Shown here one piece after another: positions 37,696 to 46,430 of a stretch of DNA of 64,000 nt. Position 1 is the first letter of the stretch, and the number at the start of each line of letters is the position of its first letter. This DNA comes from Ignavibacteriales bacterium CG07_land_8_20_14_0_80_59_12 (GTDB lineage Bacteria; Bacteroidota; Ignavibacteria; 0-14-0-80-59-12): contig PEWR01000091.1 of assembly GCA_002779395.1 (NCBI GenBank), forward strand, positions 1,464 to 65,463. Reading direction: 5' to 3'. The notes beneath the pieces were generated by a model that worked only from the letters and a program-made list of their open reading frames with translations, had not been told where the DNA came from and ran no database searches. Position numbers and translations under genes: made by a program.

Positions 37696-38256
37696 ATGGC
37701 TGCAAAGAGGCTGACAACGCCGTTGACCGATGAGGCGGTTCTTTCCCTTCACATCGGTGATGAGGTTCTTCTTTCAGGAGTCGTGTATACGGCTCGCGAT
37801 TCGGCGCACAAGCGGCTCATCGAGCTCATTGACAGGGGGGAGCCGCTGCCGTTCGAGCTTGTGGGCCAGGCCATCTACTATGCCGGCCCGTCGCCTGCGC
37901 CTCCCGGGAAGCCGATCGGATCGGTGGGGCCCACAACCTCCTACCGGATGGATGCGTTCGCTCCCCGGCTCCACTCCCTCGGGCTCAGGGCAACGATCGG
38001 AAAAGGCCCGCGGAGCAAGGAAGTGATGGATGCGCTTGTGAATCACAAGTCGGTGTACTTCACAGCCGTCGGCGGGGTTGCAGCGCTTCTCGCCAAGCGA
38101 GTGAAATCCGCAGAGATCGTTGCGTTCGAAGAACTGGGCCCCGAAGCGATACGCAAACTCGTCGTCGAAGACCTTCCCCTGATCGTCTCCTGCGATGCCT
38201 ATGGTCAGGACCTCCATGTTGAAGGGGTGAAGGCGTACCAGAAGTTGACGGTGTAG
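37696..38256 (+). CDS. Class I fumarate hydratase/tartrate dehydratase beta subunit
   Basis: TARDSAHKR, GPTTSYRM and LGPEAI. Confidence 0.92.
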   Translation: MAAKRLTTPLTDEAVLSLHIGDEVLLSGVVYTARDSAHKRLIELIDRGEPLPFELVGQAIYYAGPSPAPPGKPIGSVGPTTSYRMDAFAPRLHSLGLRATIGKGPRSKEVMDALVNHKSVYFTAVGGVAALLAKRVKSAEIVAFEELGPEAIRKLVVEDLPLIVSCDAYGQDLHVEGVKAYQKLTV

Positions 38257-38352
38257 AGGCGGGCTCGGCAATCGGGCCGGAACCGCGCCTTCACACCGGA
38301 CGTTCATTGAAGAGACCGAACATGCCGAACCCATCATCAGGAGTCCTCTGAA

Positions 38353-39744
38353 ATGAACTTCCGCATCGAGAAGGATTCTCTCGGGGAGAAACGGGTTCCC
38401 GCTGATGCCTACTATGGAGTCCAGACCCAGCGGGCCGTCGAGAATTTCCCCATCAGCGGACTTCGCCCGAAGCCGCGATTCATCGACGCCGTCATCTACA
38501 TCAAGAAGGCCGCAGCCGGCGTCAACTCCTCCCTCGGTCTTCTCGATTCAATCAAAGCGCGCGCAATCATCCAGGCATGCGACGAGATCCTTGGCGGGAA
38601 GCTGCGCGACCAGTTTGTTGTCGATGTGTACCAGGCGGGAGCGGGCACATCGCATAACATGAACGCAAACGAAGTGATCGCGAACCGAGCCATCGAGATC
38701 CTTGGAGGCAAGCGGGGCGACTATTCAGTCGTTCACCCGAACGACGATGTGAACATGTCGCAATCGACCAACGATGTCATCCCGACGGCGATCCACCTCG
38801 GCGCACTCCTTCTTTTGAGGGAGCTTCTCCCCGCGCTGGAGTCTCTCGAAGACACCTTCGCGGCCAAAGAACGCGAGCTCAACGGCGTACTGAAGTCGGC
38901 AAGGACGCATCTCCAGGATGCCGTCCCGATTCGGCTCGGGCAGGAGTTTGGCGCCTACGCGCGGAACATGAAGAGGCATCGGCGAGACATCGAGCAGACC
39001 TCGGAGGGACTCCGTCAGCTTGGCATCGGCGGCACGGCCGCCGGTACAGGCTTGAACGCGCATCCCGAGTACCGCAAGCGGATGGTCGACACGCTCTCCG
39101 GGGAGCTCGGTGAGACCCTCTCGATGGCTGAGGACTACTTTGAAGCGATGCAGAGCATGGCGCCATCCGTCGCGGCCTCCGGTGCACTCCGCAACCTTGC
39201 ACAGGATCTCATCCGCATCGCGAACGATCTCCGTCTCCTTGGCTCCGGGCCAAAGACAGGACTTTTTGAGATCAGGCTCCCGGCCGTCCAGCCCGGCTCA
39301 TCGATCATGCCCGGGAAAGTAAACCCGTCGATCGCTGAGATGGTGGATATGGTGGGGTTCCAGGTCCTCGGCTGCGACCTCACGGTCACGCTTGCCGCCC
39401 AGGCCGGCCAACTCGATCTCAACGTGATGATGCCAGTCATCGCGTACAACCTCTTCCACTCGATCGAGATCCTGACGTCGTCGATCCGCGTTCTCGCTGA
39501 GAAGACTGTCGCCGGGATCGTTGCCAACGAAGAGCGCTGCCGGGAGTATGCCGAGGGGAGCATGAGCATCGTGACGGTGCTGAACCCGCACATCGGGTAC
39601 TCGATGGCGGCCGAAGTGGCGAAGGAGTATCTTGCATCCGGCAAATCAATTCGCGAAATTCTGCTTGAGCGAAAGCTCTTTACACCGGAGGAACTGGATG
39701 CGATCTTCGACCTCCGGAAGATGACTGAACCAGGCATCCACTAG
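38353..39744 (+). CDS. Aspartate ammonia-lyase / class II fumarase
   Basis: YGVQTQRA, HPNDDVNMSQSTND, RTHLQDA and GSSIMPGKVNP; aspA versus fumC not resolved. Confidence 0.9.
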   Translation: MNFRIEKDSLGEKRVPADAYYGVQTQRAVENFPISGLRPKPRFIDAVIYIKKAAAGVNSSLGLLDSIKARAIIQACDEILGGKLRDQFVVDVYQAGAGTSHNMNANEVIANRAIEILGGKRGDYSVVHPNDDVNMSQSTNDVIPTAIHLGALLLLRELLPALESLEDTFAAKERELNGVLKSARTHLQDAVPIRLGQEFGAYARNMKRHRRDIEQTSEGLRQLGIGGTAAGTGLNAHPEYRKRMVDTLSGELGETLSMAEDYFEAMQSMAPSVAASGALRNLAQDLIRIANDLRLLGSGPKTGLFEIRLPAVQPGSSIMPGKVNPSIAEMVDMVGFQVLGCDLTVTLAAQAGQLDLNVMMPVIAYNLFHSIEILTSSIRVLAEKTVAGIVANEERCREYAEGSMSIVTVLNPHIGYSMAAEVAKEYLASGKSIREILLERKLFTPEELDAIFDLRKMTEPGIH

Positions 39745-39756
39745 TTGGAGCAGATC

Positions 39757-39936
39757 ATGGCCGAGAAACAGGATCTTCTGACTGCCGGGAAACTCGCACA
39801 GCTTTGGAACGTCCCGCCCGCGCAGGTGAAGAAGGCAATCAAAGCATCAGGTGCCAAGGCGGATGTTGTGAAGGGGAGATGCTCGTACTTCGGGCCAAAG
39901 ACAAGCGAGAAGATCCACAAGGCCCTCGGTAAGTGA
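39757..39936 (+). CDS. Small basic hypothetical protein (59 aa, HTH-like N-terminus)
   Basis: GGAG RBS; LLTAGKLAQLWNVPPAQVKKAI. Confidence 0.6.
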   Translation: MAEKQDLLTAGKLAQLWNVPPAQVKKAIKASGAKADVVKGRCSYFGPKTSEKIHKALGK

Positions 39937-40202
39937 GGACGATTCCCTGCGCGCTCCCAGTTGATCGGCGTCATCCGATACACCAACGCCCGGCTGCGCG
40001 AATGCCGGCTCCATGACGCAATCTCGGGGCTCGCGGGGGAGTCGCGATGAAAATCTCGCCTGATGAGAGGAGCAACCGCATGAACCTGTTCTGCCCGCCG
40101 GATCCGTAGGTGTGAAGCGGAACATGCTTGATGCATGGAACAAGGGGTTGCATAAGAGAGGCATTTTTGCTAGATTTCAACATTGAGTTGTGCGTTGTTG
40201 TT

Positions 40203-40274
40203 GCCATCGTAGCTCAGTGGTAGAGCAATCGCCTCGTAAGCGATAGGTCGTGGGTTCAACTCCCACCGATGGCT
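40203..40274 (+). tRNA. tRNA-Thr(CGT)
   Basis: GCCATCGTAGCTCAGTGGTAGAGC-ATCGC-CTCGTAA-GCGAT..GGTTCAACTCC..CGATGGCT. Confidence 0.95.
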
Positions 40275-40383
40275 CAGAGTTTCATCGCCTGTGCCCGCTC
40301 CAGCGGGCATCATAGTAATCGGTGCAGGCCTCCTCCGTCCGTGTCCTCGAGCCTGCGCCATCCAGCTCTGCCCAGGGGGACCT

Positions 40384-40551
40384 ATGAAGAAACTCCGCCC
40401 ACGCCACAAACGAGGGGTTCTTCTCGGGAGTCGCATCCCGGTTCCTCAGAAACCACCGAAGTTCGAGATTCCCAAGAAACGTTACAGCCGAAGGCGCCAG
40501 AAGAAGGATCTCGCAAGACTCCTCACGGAGCGTAAGAAGGATTCGCGATGA
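40384..40551 (+). CDS. Small Lys/Arg-rich hypothetical protein
   Basis: AGGGGG RBS; MKKLRP..PPKFEIPKKRYSRRRQK; ATGA overlap with folP. Confidence 0.55.
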   Translation: MKKLRPRHKRGVLLGSRIPVPQKPPKFEIPKKRYSRRRQKKDLARLLTERKKDSR

Positions 40552-41447
40552 CCCCGGATGCCCATGCTCGGGACAACTTTGTCATCCATGCAGGCGGCCG
40601 TGCTATCGACGTCCGGTCGAGGACGTACGTCATGGGTGTTCTGAATGTCACGCCGGATTCATTCTCGGACGGCGGACTCTTCGCGAAGACCGAAGCGGCG
40701 GTAGCGCGCGGTGTCGAGATGGAGGCGCAAGGGGCCGATCTTATCGATGTCGGGGGGGAGTCAACGAGACCCGGGTCCGACCCGGTCCCGGCCAACGAAG
40801 AGATCAGGCGTGTTGTCCCCGTGATCAAGGAATTAAGCAGGCGAACGAACGCCGTCATTTCCATCGACACATCGAAAGCAACAGTCGCGGAAGCGGCCGT
40901 CGGGGCGGGGGCAACGGTCATCAACGACGTGACAGCTCTCGCCGGAGATCCCGGTATGGGAGATTTTGCCGCCCGGTGCGGCGTTCCGGTCATCCTCATG
41001 CACATGAAAGGGGCGCCGAAAACGATGCAGGTGAACCCTGTCTATGGCGATGTTGTGCGCGAGGTGAAGGAGTTTCTTGCCACAAGAATCCTGGCGGCCG
41101 AGGCGATGGGAATCAGGGAGATTGTCATCGACCCGGGCATAGGTTTTGGGAAGTCTCTTAAGGATAACCTCACCCTTATGAACCGGCTCGATGTACTGAC
41201 GCAGCTCGGGCGTCCCGTCCTCGTGGGGCCATCGCGGAAGTCGTTCATCGGGATGATTCTTGATACAGCGGTGAACGATCGCGTCGAGGGGACCGCGGCC
41301 GCGGTAGCCCTGTCGATCGTGAGGGGGGCCAACATCGTGCGGGTTCATGACGTGCGGCAAATCAGCCGTGTCGTGCAGATCGCCGATTCGATCCTCCAGG
41401 AGCGAAATGCGGCCGAATCGGCGGCCATCCGGAGAGGAGGGGCATAA
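40548..41447 (+). CDS. folP: Dihydropteroate synthase
   Basis: GVLNVTPDSFSDGG, DVGGESTRPG, DPGIGFGK, SRKS and RVHDV. Confidence 0.96.
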   Translation: MTPDAHARDNFVIHAGGRAIDVRSRTYVMGVLNVTPDSFSDGGLFAKTEAAVARGVEMEAQGADLIDVGGESTRPGSDPVPANEEIRRVVPVIKELSRRTNAVISIDTSKATVAEAAVGAGATVINDVTALAGDPGMGDFAARCGVPVILMHMKGAPKTMQVNPVYGDVVREVKEFLATRILAAEAMGIREIVIDPGIGFGKSLKDNLTLMNRLDVLTQLGRPVLVGPSRKSFIGMILDTAVNDRVEGTAAAVALSIVRGANIVRVHDVRQISRVVQIADSILQERNAAESAAIRRGGA

Positions 41448-42265
41448 TGGAGCTGTTCCACATAGGATTCCTCACGGTCTCGCTCACCGACCTCCTCGAC
41501 GTCGCGATCGTCTCGTTTGTTTTCTACCGGCTCTACGTTGCAATGCGTGGGACGGTCGCGGCGCAGATATTCGTCGGCTTTGTCCTTCTCATCGCCCTCT
41601 TCTTTGTCGCCCAGGCGCTCAATCTGAAGGCCCTCGGCTGGCTCCTTCGAAGCGTTACGGATATCTGGGTCGTTGCGCTGATTGTCCTGTTCCAGCCTGA
41701 GCTGCGTCGGCTCCTCATCCTTTTCAGCCGCGGGCGTCTCATGCACTACTTCGTCAAGCTCGATGTCAACGAATCGATCGACGAAGTGGTCGGGGCAGCT
41801 GTCGAGCTTTCCCGCAAGCGCCAGGGGGCACTCATGGTCATTGTCCGTTCCACCGGCCTCCGGTCTTTCGTTGAGTCGGGCATCCAGCTCCAGGCCCAGA
41901 TCAGTCGCTCGCTTCTCATCTCGATCTTCAATCCGAAGTCTCCGCTTCACGACGGTGCGGTTATCGTGAAGGATCGCATTATCGAAGCGGCGCGATGCAC
42001 GCTCCCGCTTTCCGCAGTCACTAGACTCGGCGAAGTCCCTCTCGGCATGCGTCACCGGGCCGGGCTCGGGATCACCGAACAGGCGGATGTCGTTGTTGTC
42101 ATCGTGTCCGAGGAGAGCGGCGCGATCTCGTTTGCCGAGAACGCATTGCTTGAGAGGGGACTTACGGGGGAGGAGCTCCGCCGCCGCTTGAGGAGCAGCC
42201 TTTCGTCGCCGACGGTGAGGTGGTCACTGAAGAATATCTTCTCTACCGTGCGAGAGGAGATTTAA
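41447..42265 (+). CDS. dacA: Diadenylate cyclase CdaA/DacA
   Basis: Three N-terminal TMs, FQPELRR, LHDGA, RHRAG and VSEE. Confidence 0.94.
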   Translation: MELFHIGFLTVSLTDLLDVAIVSFVFYRLYVAMRGTVAAQIFVGFVLLIALFFVAQALNLKALGWLLRSVTDIWVVALIVLFQPELRRLLILFSRGRLMHYFVKLDVNESIDEVVGAAVELSRKRQGALMVIVRSTGLRSFVESGIQLQAQISRSLLISIFNPKSPLHDGAVIVKDRIIEAARCTLPLSAVTRLGEVPLGMRHRAGLGITEQADVVVVIVSEESGAISFAENALLERGLTGEELRRRLRSSLSSPTVRWSLKNIFSTVREEI

Positions 42266-42300
42266 TTGTATAGCTTCAACCGCATCTGCGCCGGGGGACG

Positions 42301-42945
42301 ATGACACGGATCGAAACTGAACGAGAGGAGATGATCAACCTCATCACGGCGCGCGGCATAACGGACGAGAGCGTTATTGCCGCGATGAGGCACATTCCTC
42401 GGCACCTCTTTGTCCCCGAGGCATTCGTCCACCGGGCGTACGACGACAGCGCTCTTCCCATCGGGCTGAACCAGACGATATCGCAGCCGTACACCGTCGC
42501 ATTCATGACCCAGTCGCTTGAGCTGAAAGCCGGAGAGAAGGTCCTGGAGGTCGGGACCGGCTCAGGGTACCAAGCGGCGATCCTGTGCGAGATGGGGGCT
42601 CGCGTGTTTACCATCGAGCGCCACTTCAACCTTCTTGAGCAGGCGAGAAAGACGCTCGAAAAGCTCGGCTACCGCGCCGCCTCGAAGGTCGGAGACGGCA
42701 CCGTTGGGTGGAGCGAGTTTGCCCCGTTCGACCGCATCATCGTCACCGCTGCAGCCCCGACCGTTCCTGATCCTCTCCTCAGCCAGCTCAGCGACGGCGG
42801 ACGCCTTGTCATTCCCGTCGGCGACCTCGACATCCAGGAGCTTGTCACAGTCACGAAGCGCGGGAACGAATTCGAAAGGCAGCGGGTCTACGGTTTCAAG
42901 TTCGTGCCCCTTGTGGGCAAGAAAGGTTGGCCCTCACCTGAGTGA
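42301..42945 (+). CDS. pcm: Protein-L-isoaspartate O-methyltransferase
   Basis: QTISQPY, LEVGTGSGYQAA and FVPL. Confidence 0.95.
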   Translation: MTRIETEREEMINLITARGITDESVIAAMRHIPRHLFVPEAFVHRAYDDSALPIGLNQTISQPYTVAFMTQSLELKAGEKVLEVGTGSGYQAAILCEMGARVFTIERHFNLLEQARKTLEKLGYRAASKVGDGTVGWSEFAPFDRIIVTAAAPTVPDPLLSQLSDGGRLVIPVGDLDIQELVTVTKRGNEFERQRVYGFKFVPLVGKKGWPSPE

Positions 42946-42966
42946 CTCTTCCTCGGCTCCGGCTAC

Positions 42967-43926
42967 ATGAATCCCCTCCTTGAACACCGCAGAGTCCTCG
43001 TTATCGCCGGCCCCACAGCATCGGGGAAGAGCGATGTCGCCGTCCGGGTTGCCGAGCTTGCCGGCGGCGAGATCATCTCCGCCGATTCACGTCAGATGTA
43101 CCGCCTTGCCACCATTGGCACTGCGAAGCCGGGATCGGATTTGCTCGGGCGCGTGCGACACCACTTTGTCGACTCGCATGATCTCGATCAGCCGCTGAGT
43201 GCGGGGGAGTTCGGTGAGGAAGGGAGGAGGGTGATCGAAGCTCTCTTCTTCCGCAGCCTCGTCCCTGTCGTTGTAGGCGGTTCCGGCCTCTACCTGCGAT
43301 CGCTCATCGATGGTTTCTTCACGGGCGACTCTGCTGATCCAGGCATGCGAGATGTGCTTCTTCGGAAGCTTGAGCAGGAAGGACTTGCAACGCTGTTTGG
43401 GGAGCTTGCACGCGTTGATCCGGGAACCGCTGGGCGAATCGATCGAAACAACCCGCGAAGGGTACTTCGCGCGCTTGAGGTCTTCTACTCGACGGGCGAG
43501 CCGCTTTCGGAGATCCAGAAGAAGCGGAGGATCGTTGTCAATTTCACCTCGGCCTGGTTCGGCCTTGAGTGGGAGACGAAGGAGCTGTATCGAAGGATCG
43601 ACGAGCGAGTCGGTCGAATGATGGAGGCCGGTCTGGTGGAGGAAGTGAGAGGCCTCCTGTCACGAGGGTACGACGTAGGAGGGCGGGGGAATACGCTTCT
43701 TGCGACCGTGGGGTACGCGGAGGCCGCTTCCCACCTTCGCGGCGAGTACGGATTCGAAGAGATGGTCGAGCTCATCAAACGAAATACGCGCCGCTATGCG
43801 AAGCGGCAGATGACATGGTTCCGGAAGGAGAAACGGATCGAGTGGGTACCCATCCACGCTGAAGCTGAGTCCGATGCGATCGCGGAGAGGATTATGAGGA
43901 AGTTCTCGGCAGCGGTGGGTCGATAG
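42967..43926 (+). CDS. miaA: tRNA dimethylallyltransferase
   Basis: GPTASGKS, DSRQMY, GGSGLY and TRRYAKRQMTWF. Confidence 0.95.
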   Translation: MNPLLEHRRVLVIAGPTASGKSDVAVRVAELAGGEIISADSRQMYRLATIGTAKPGSDLLGRVRHHFVDSHDLDQPLSAGEFGEEGRRVIEALFFRSLVPVVVGGSGLYLRSLIDGFFTGDSADPGMRDVLLRKLEQEGLATLFGELARVDPGTAGRIDRNNPRRVLRALEVFYSTGEPLSEIQKKRRIVVNFTSAWFGLEWETKELYRRIDERVGRMMEAGLVEEVRGLLSRGYDVGGRGNTLLATVGYAEAASHLRGEYGFEEMVELIKRNTRRYAKRQMTWFRKEKRIEWVPIHAEAESDAIAERIMRKFSAAVGR

Positions 43927-43947
43927 GAGGGATAGGCAAAATTCTTG

Positions 43948-44022
43948 TCGGGGCGGGCGGATTTGAACCGCCGACCTCCTGGTCCCGAACCAGGCGCTCT
44001 AACCGGGCTGAGCCACGCCCCG
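43948..44022 (-). tRNA. tRNA-Pro(CGG)
   Basis: Reverse strand CGGGGCGTGGCTCAGCCCGGTTAGAGCG-CCTGG-TTCGGGA-CCAGG..GGTTCAAATCC..GCCCCGA. Confidence 0.95.
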
Positions 44023-44397
44023 ATCCGCTGGTGAGCCGCATAGGTCCACCGAACTCCAGAGCAAGTAATCTACGAAACGTCCAGCTTCAAATCAAGTGCA
44101 TCTTTGCAGGGCAGATGCAGCGCCGTTCCTCCCGGTCACCGATCTCTAAGCCCGCTACCTCCCAGGTATTCGCGAAAGTTGTCGCGTGCGTCAAGGACCT
44201 CGTTGTGACCGAGTTTCGTGAAGAGAGGGAGTACGGGCAACTGCACGGGCCCGCATCTCCTTCTTCGTCCTGACGGCGCCCCGGGGCATCCGTAAGGTCA
44301 AGCGGGCGATTCTATTGAGATGACAGCCTTCTCGGGTTTCATTGGAACTCTCCGCCTGATTGGGTATCTTGACTTCTGAGATTCTGAGGATCCCCTC

Positions 44398-45714
44398 GTG
44401 AGCAGACGTGCCGTTGTGGCCATCGTTGGACGCCCAAATGTAGGGAAATCGACGCTGTTTAACCGCCTTCTCGGCGCCCGACAGGCTATTGTTCATAACA
44501 TGCCGGGGGTGACGCGGGACCGCAATTACGCGCAGGCGGAGTGGAGCGGCCGCATCTTCTCAATCGTAGATACCGGCGGATTCATCCCCGGCTCCGACGA
44601 TTTGATTGAACGAGCTGTTACGGGGCAGGCGGAAGCGGCGGTCGAAGAGTCCGATGTAGTCCTCTTCGTCCTCGACGGAAAGGATGGCGTGAACCCAATG
44701 GAGAAGACGATCGCCGGAATTCTCCGGAAATCCGGGCGGCCTGTCGTCCTCTGCGTCAACAAGGTCGATGCCGCCTCATTCGAGGCGGGCGTGTACCAGT
44801 TCCACGAGCTGGGCCTCGGCGACCCGATCGGGGTCTCCGCTATGTCGGGTAGGAACGTCGGCGATCTTCTTGACGCCGTTGTCGCAAGGTTCCCATCTGA
44901 CGGCGCAGCGGGGGAAGAGCACGACCCACGTTTGAAGATTGCGGTCATCGGACGGCCGAACGTCGGCAAGTCATCTCTCGTCAACGCCCTTCTCGGGGAA
45001 GAGAGGAGTATTGTCACGGACATCCCCGGGACGACACGCGATTCGATCGATTCCGTGCTGCGGTATTACGGTGAAGAGATCCTCCTCATCGACACGGCGG
45101 GACTTCGGAAGCGGGCGCACATTGGAGCGCAGGTCGAGTTCTACAGCACGCTGCGCGTACTCCACACGCTCGAAGCCTGCCACGTCGCGGTTGTCCTTGT
45201 CGATGCGACGTTCGGTCTCCAGACGCAGGACCTCAAGATCATTGAAGAGGCGATCGAGCGGAAACGCGGCATCATTGTCGCGGTGAACAAATGGGACCTC
45301 GTCGAGAAGGACTCGACCACAGCGCAGACGTTCGAGCGGCACCTCCGGTTGGGCCTGCGCCGGCACGGCTTCATCCCCATCATCTTCATCTCGGCGGTCA
45401 CGAAGCAGCGCATCTACAGGCTCCTCGAGATGGCAAAGGCCGTTCGGGCCGAGATGGAGAAGCGAATTGAGACTTCAACGCTGAACGAATTCGTGCAAAC
45501 GATCACAAGTGGGAACCCGCATCCGCCTGTCGGCATTCGTGAGGTGAAATTTCGGCATGTGGTTCAGGCGGAGGGGAGCCCACCAGTCTTCGTCTTCTTC
45601 ACCAACTTTCCCGATGACATCTCCGAGACGTATACGCGCTTCCTCGAGAATCAGTTCCGCGAACGCTTTGGCTTCTCCGGCGTCCCTCTCACATTCCGGT
45701 TCCGAAGGAAGTGA
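44398..45714 (+). CDS. der: Ribosome biogenesis GTPase Der (EngA)
   Basis: Two GRPNVGKS G domains. Confidence 0.96.
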   Translation: MSRRAVVAIVGRPNVGKSTLFNRLLGARQAIVHNMPGVTRDRNYAQAEWSGRIFSIVDTGGFIPGSDDLIERAVTGQAEAAVEESDVVLFVLDGKDGVNPMEKTIAGILRKSGRPVVLCVNKVDAASFEAGVYQFHELGLGDPIGVSAMSGRNVGDLLDAVVARFPSDGAAGEEHDPRLKIAVIGRPNVGKSSLVNALLGEERSIVTDIPGTTRDSIDSVLRYYGEEILLIDTAGLRKRAHIGAQVEFYSTLRVLHTLEACHVAVVLVDATFGLQTQDLKIIEEAIERKRGIIVAVNKWDLVEKDSTTAQTFERHLRLGLRRHGFIPIIFISAVTKQRIYRLLEMAKAVRAEMEKRIETSTLNEFVQTITSGNPHPPVGIREVKFRHVVQAEGSPPVFVFFTNFPDDISETYTRFLENQFRERFGFSGVPLTFRFRRK

Positions 45715-45739
45715 CCGTCCCCTGCGTCGTGAGGCATCA

Positions 45740-46369
45740 ATGAAAAACCTCGTCCTTGTCGATCATCCGCTGATCAAGCGCGACATTACCATCCTGAGGG
45801 ACCGAGAGACAAACCATGAGTTGTTCCGGTCCACGCTTGGTCGCATCTCCTCCCTCCTTGCCTTCGCCGCGACGCAGGACCTCCTCGTGAAGGAGGTCCG
45901 GGTCAACACGCCGCTCGAGCGGACCACGGGGCACAAGCTTGCGGAGAGCATCGTCCTCGTTCCCGTTCTCAGGGCGGGGCTCGGCATGGTCGACGGCTTC
46001 CTCGAGGTCCTTCCTGAGGCAAAGGTCGGGCACATCGGCCTGTTCCGTGACGAGACGACACTCAAGCCGGTCGACTACTACTTCAAGGTCCCGAAGTCGC
46101 TCTCACGGAGCGTCGTCATTCTCCTCGACCCGATGCTTGCCACGGGCGGGAGCGCCGCCGCCGCTGTCACCTTCCTGAAGAAAAAGGGAGCGAAGAGGAT
46201 ACGTGTGGTGTGCATCGTCGCGTCTCCCGAGGGGGTCGGACTGCTGGGCCGCGAGCATCGTGAGGTGCCGGTCTTCTCCGCGGTCCTTGACCGGAAGCTC
46301 AATGAGCGAGGATACATCCTCCCCGGACTCGGAGACGCCGGTGACCGGATTTTTGGCACCATGAGTTGA
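45740..46369 (+). CDS. upp: Uracil phosphoribosyltransferase
   Basis: VLRAGLGM, DPMLATGGS and GYILPGLGDAGDR. Confidence 0.96.
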   Translation: MKNLVLVDHPLIKRDITILRDRETNHELFRSTLGRISSLLAFAATQDLLVKEVRVNTPLERTTGHKLAESIVLVPVLRAGLGMVDGFLEVLPEAKVGHIGLFRDETTLKPVDYYFKVPKSLSRSVVILLDPMLATGGSAAAAVTFLKKKGAKRIRVVCIVASPEGVGLLGREHREVPVFSAVLDRKLNERGYILPGLGDAGDRIFGTMS

Positions 46370-46430
46370 CGTTGGGTGCATCGAACTTTCGCGTGGCAGG
46401 GGACGTTTCAATAAAGGGTGTTGATCGAAT

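Noticed and set aside
39940..40140. Possible ribozyme or riboswitch (CTGATGAG motif)
   Set aside because: Could not build the hammerhead stems or a fluoride-riboswitch pseudoknot around it; an Infernal search would settle it.
44030..44397. Short ORFs between tRNA-Pro and der
   Set aside because: No motifs; likely a divergent promoter region.
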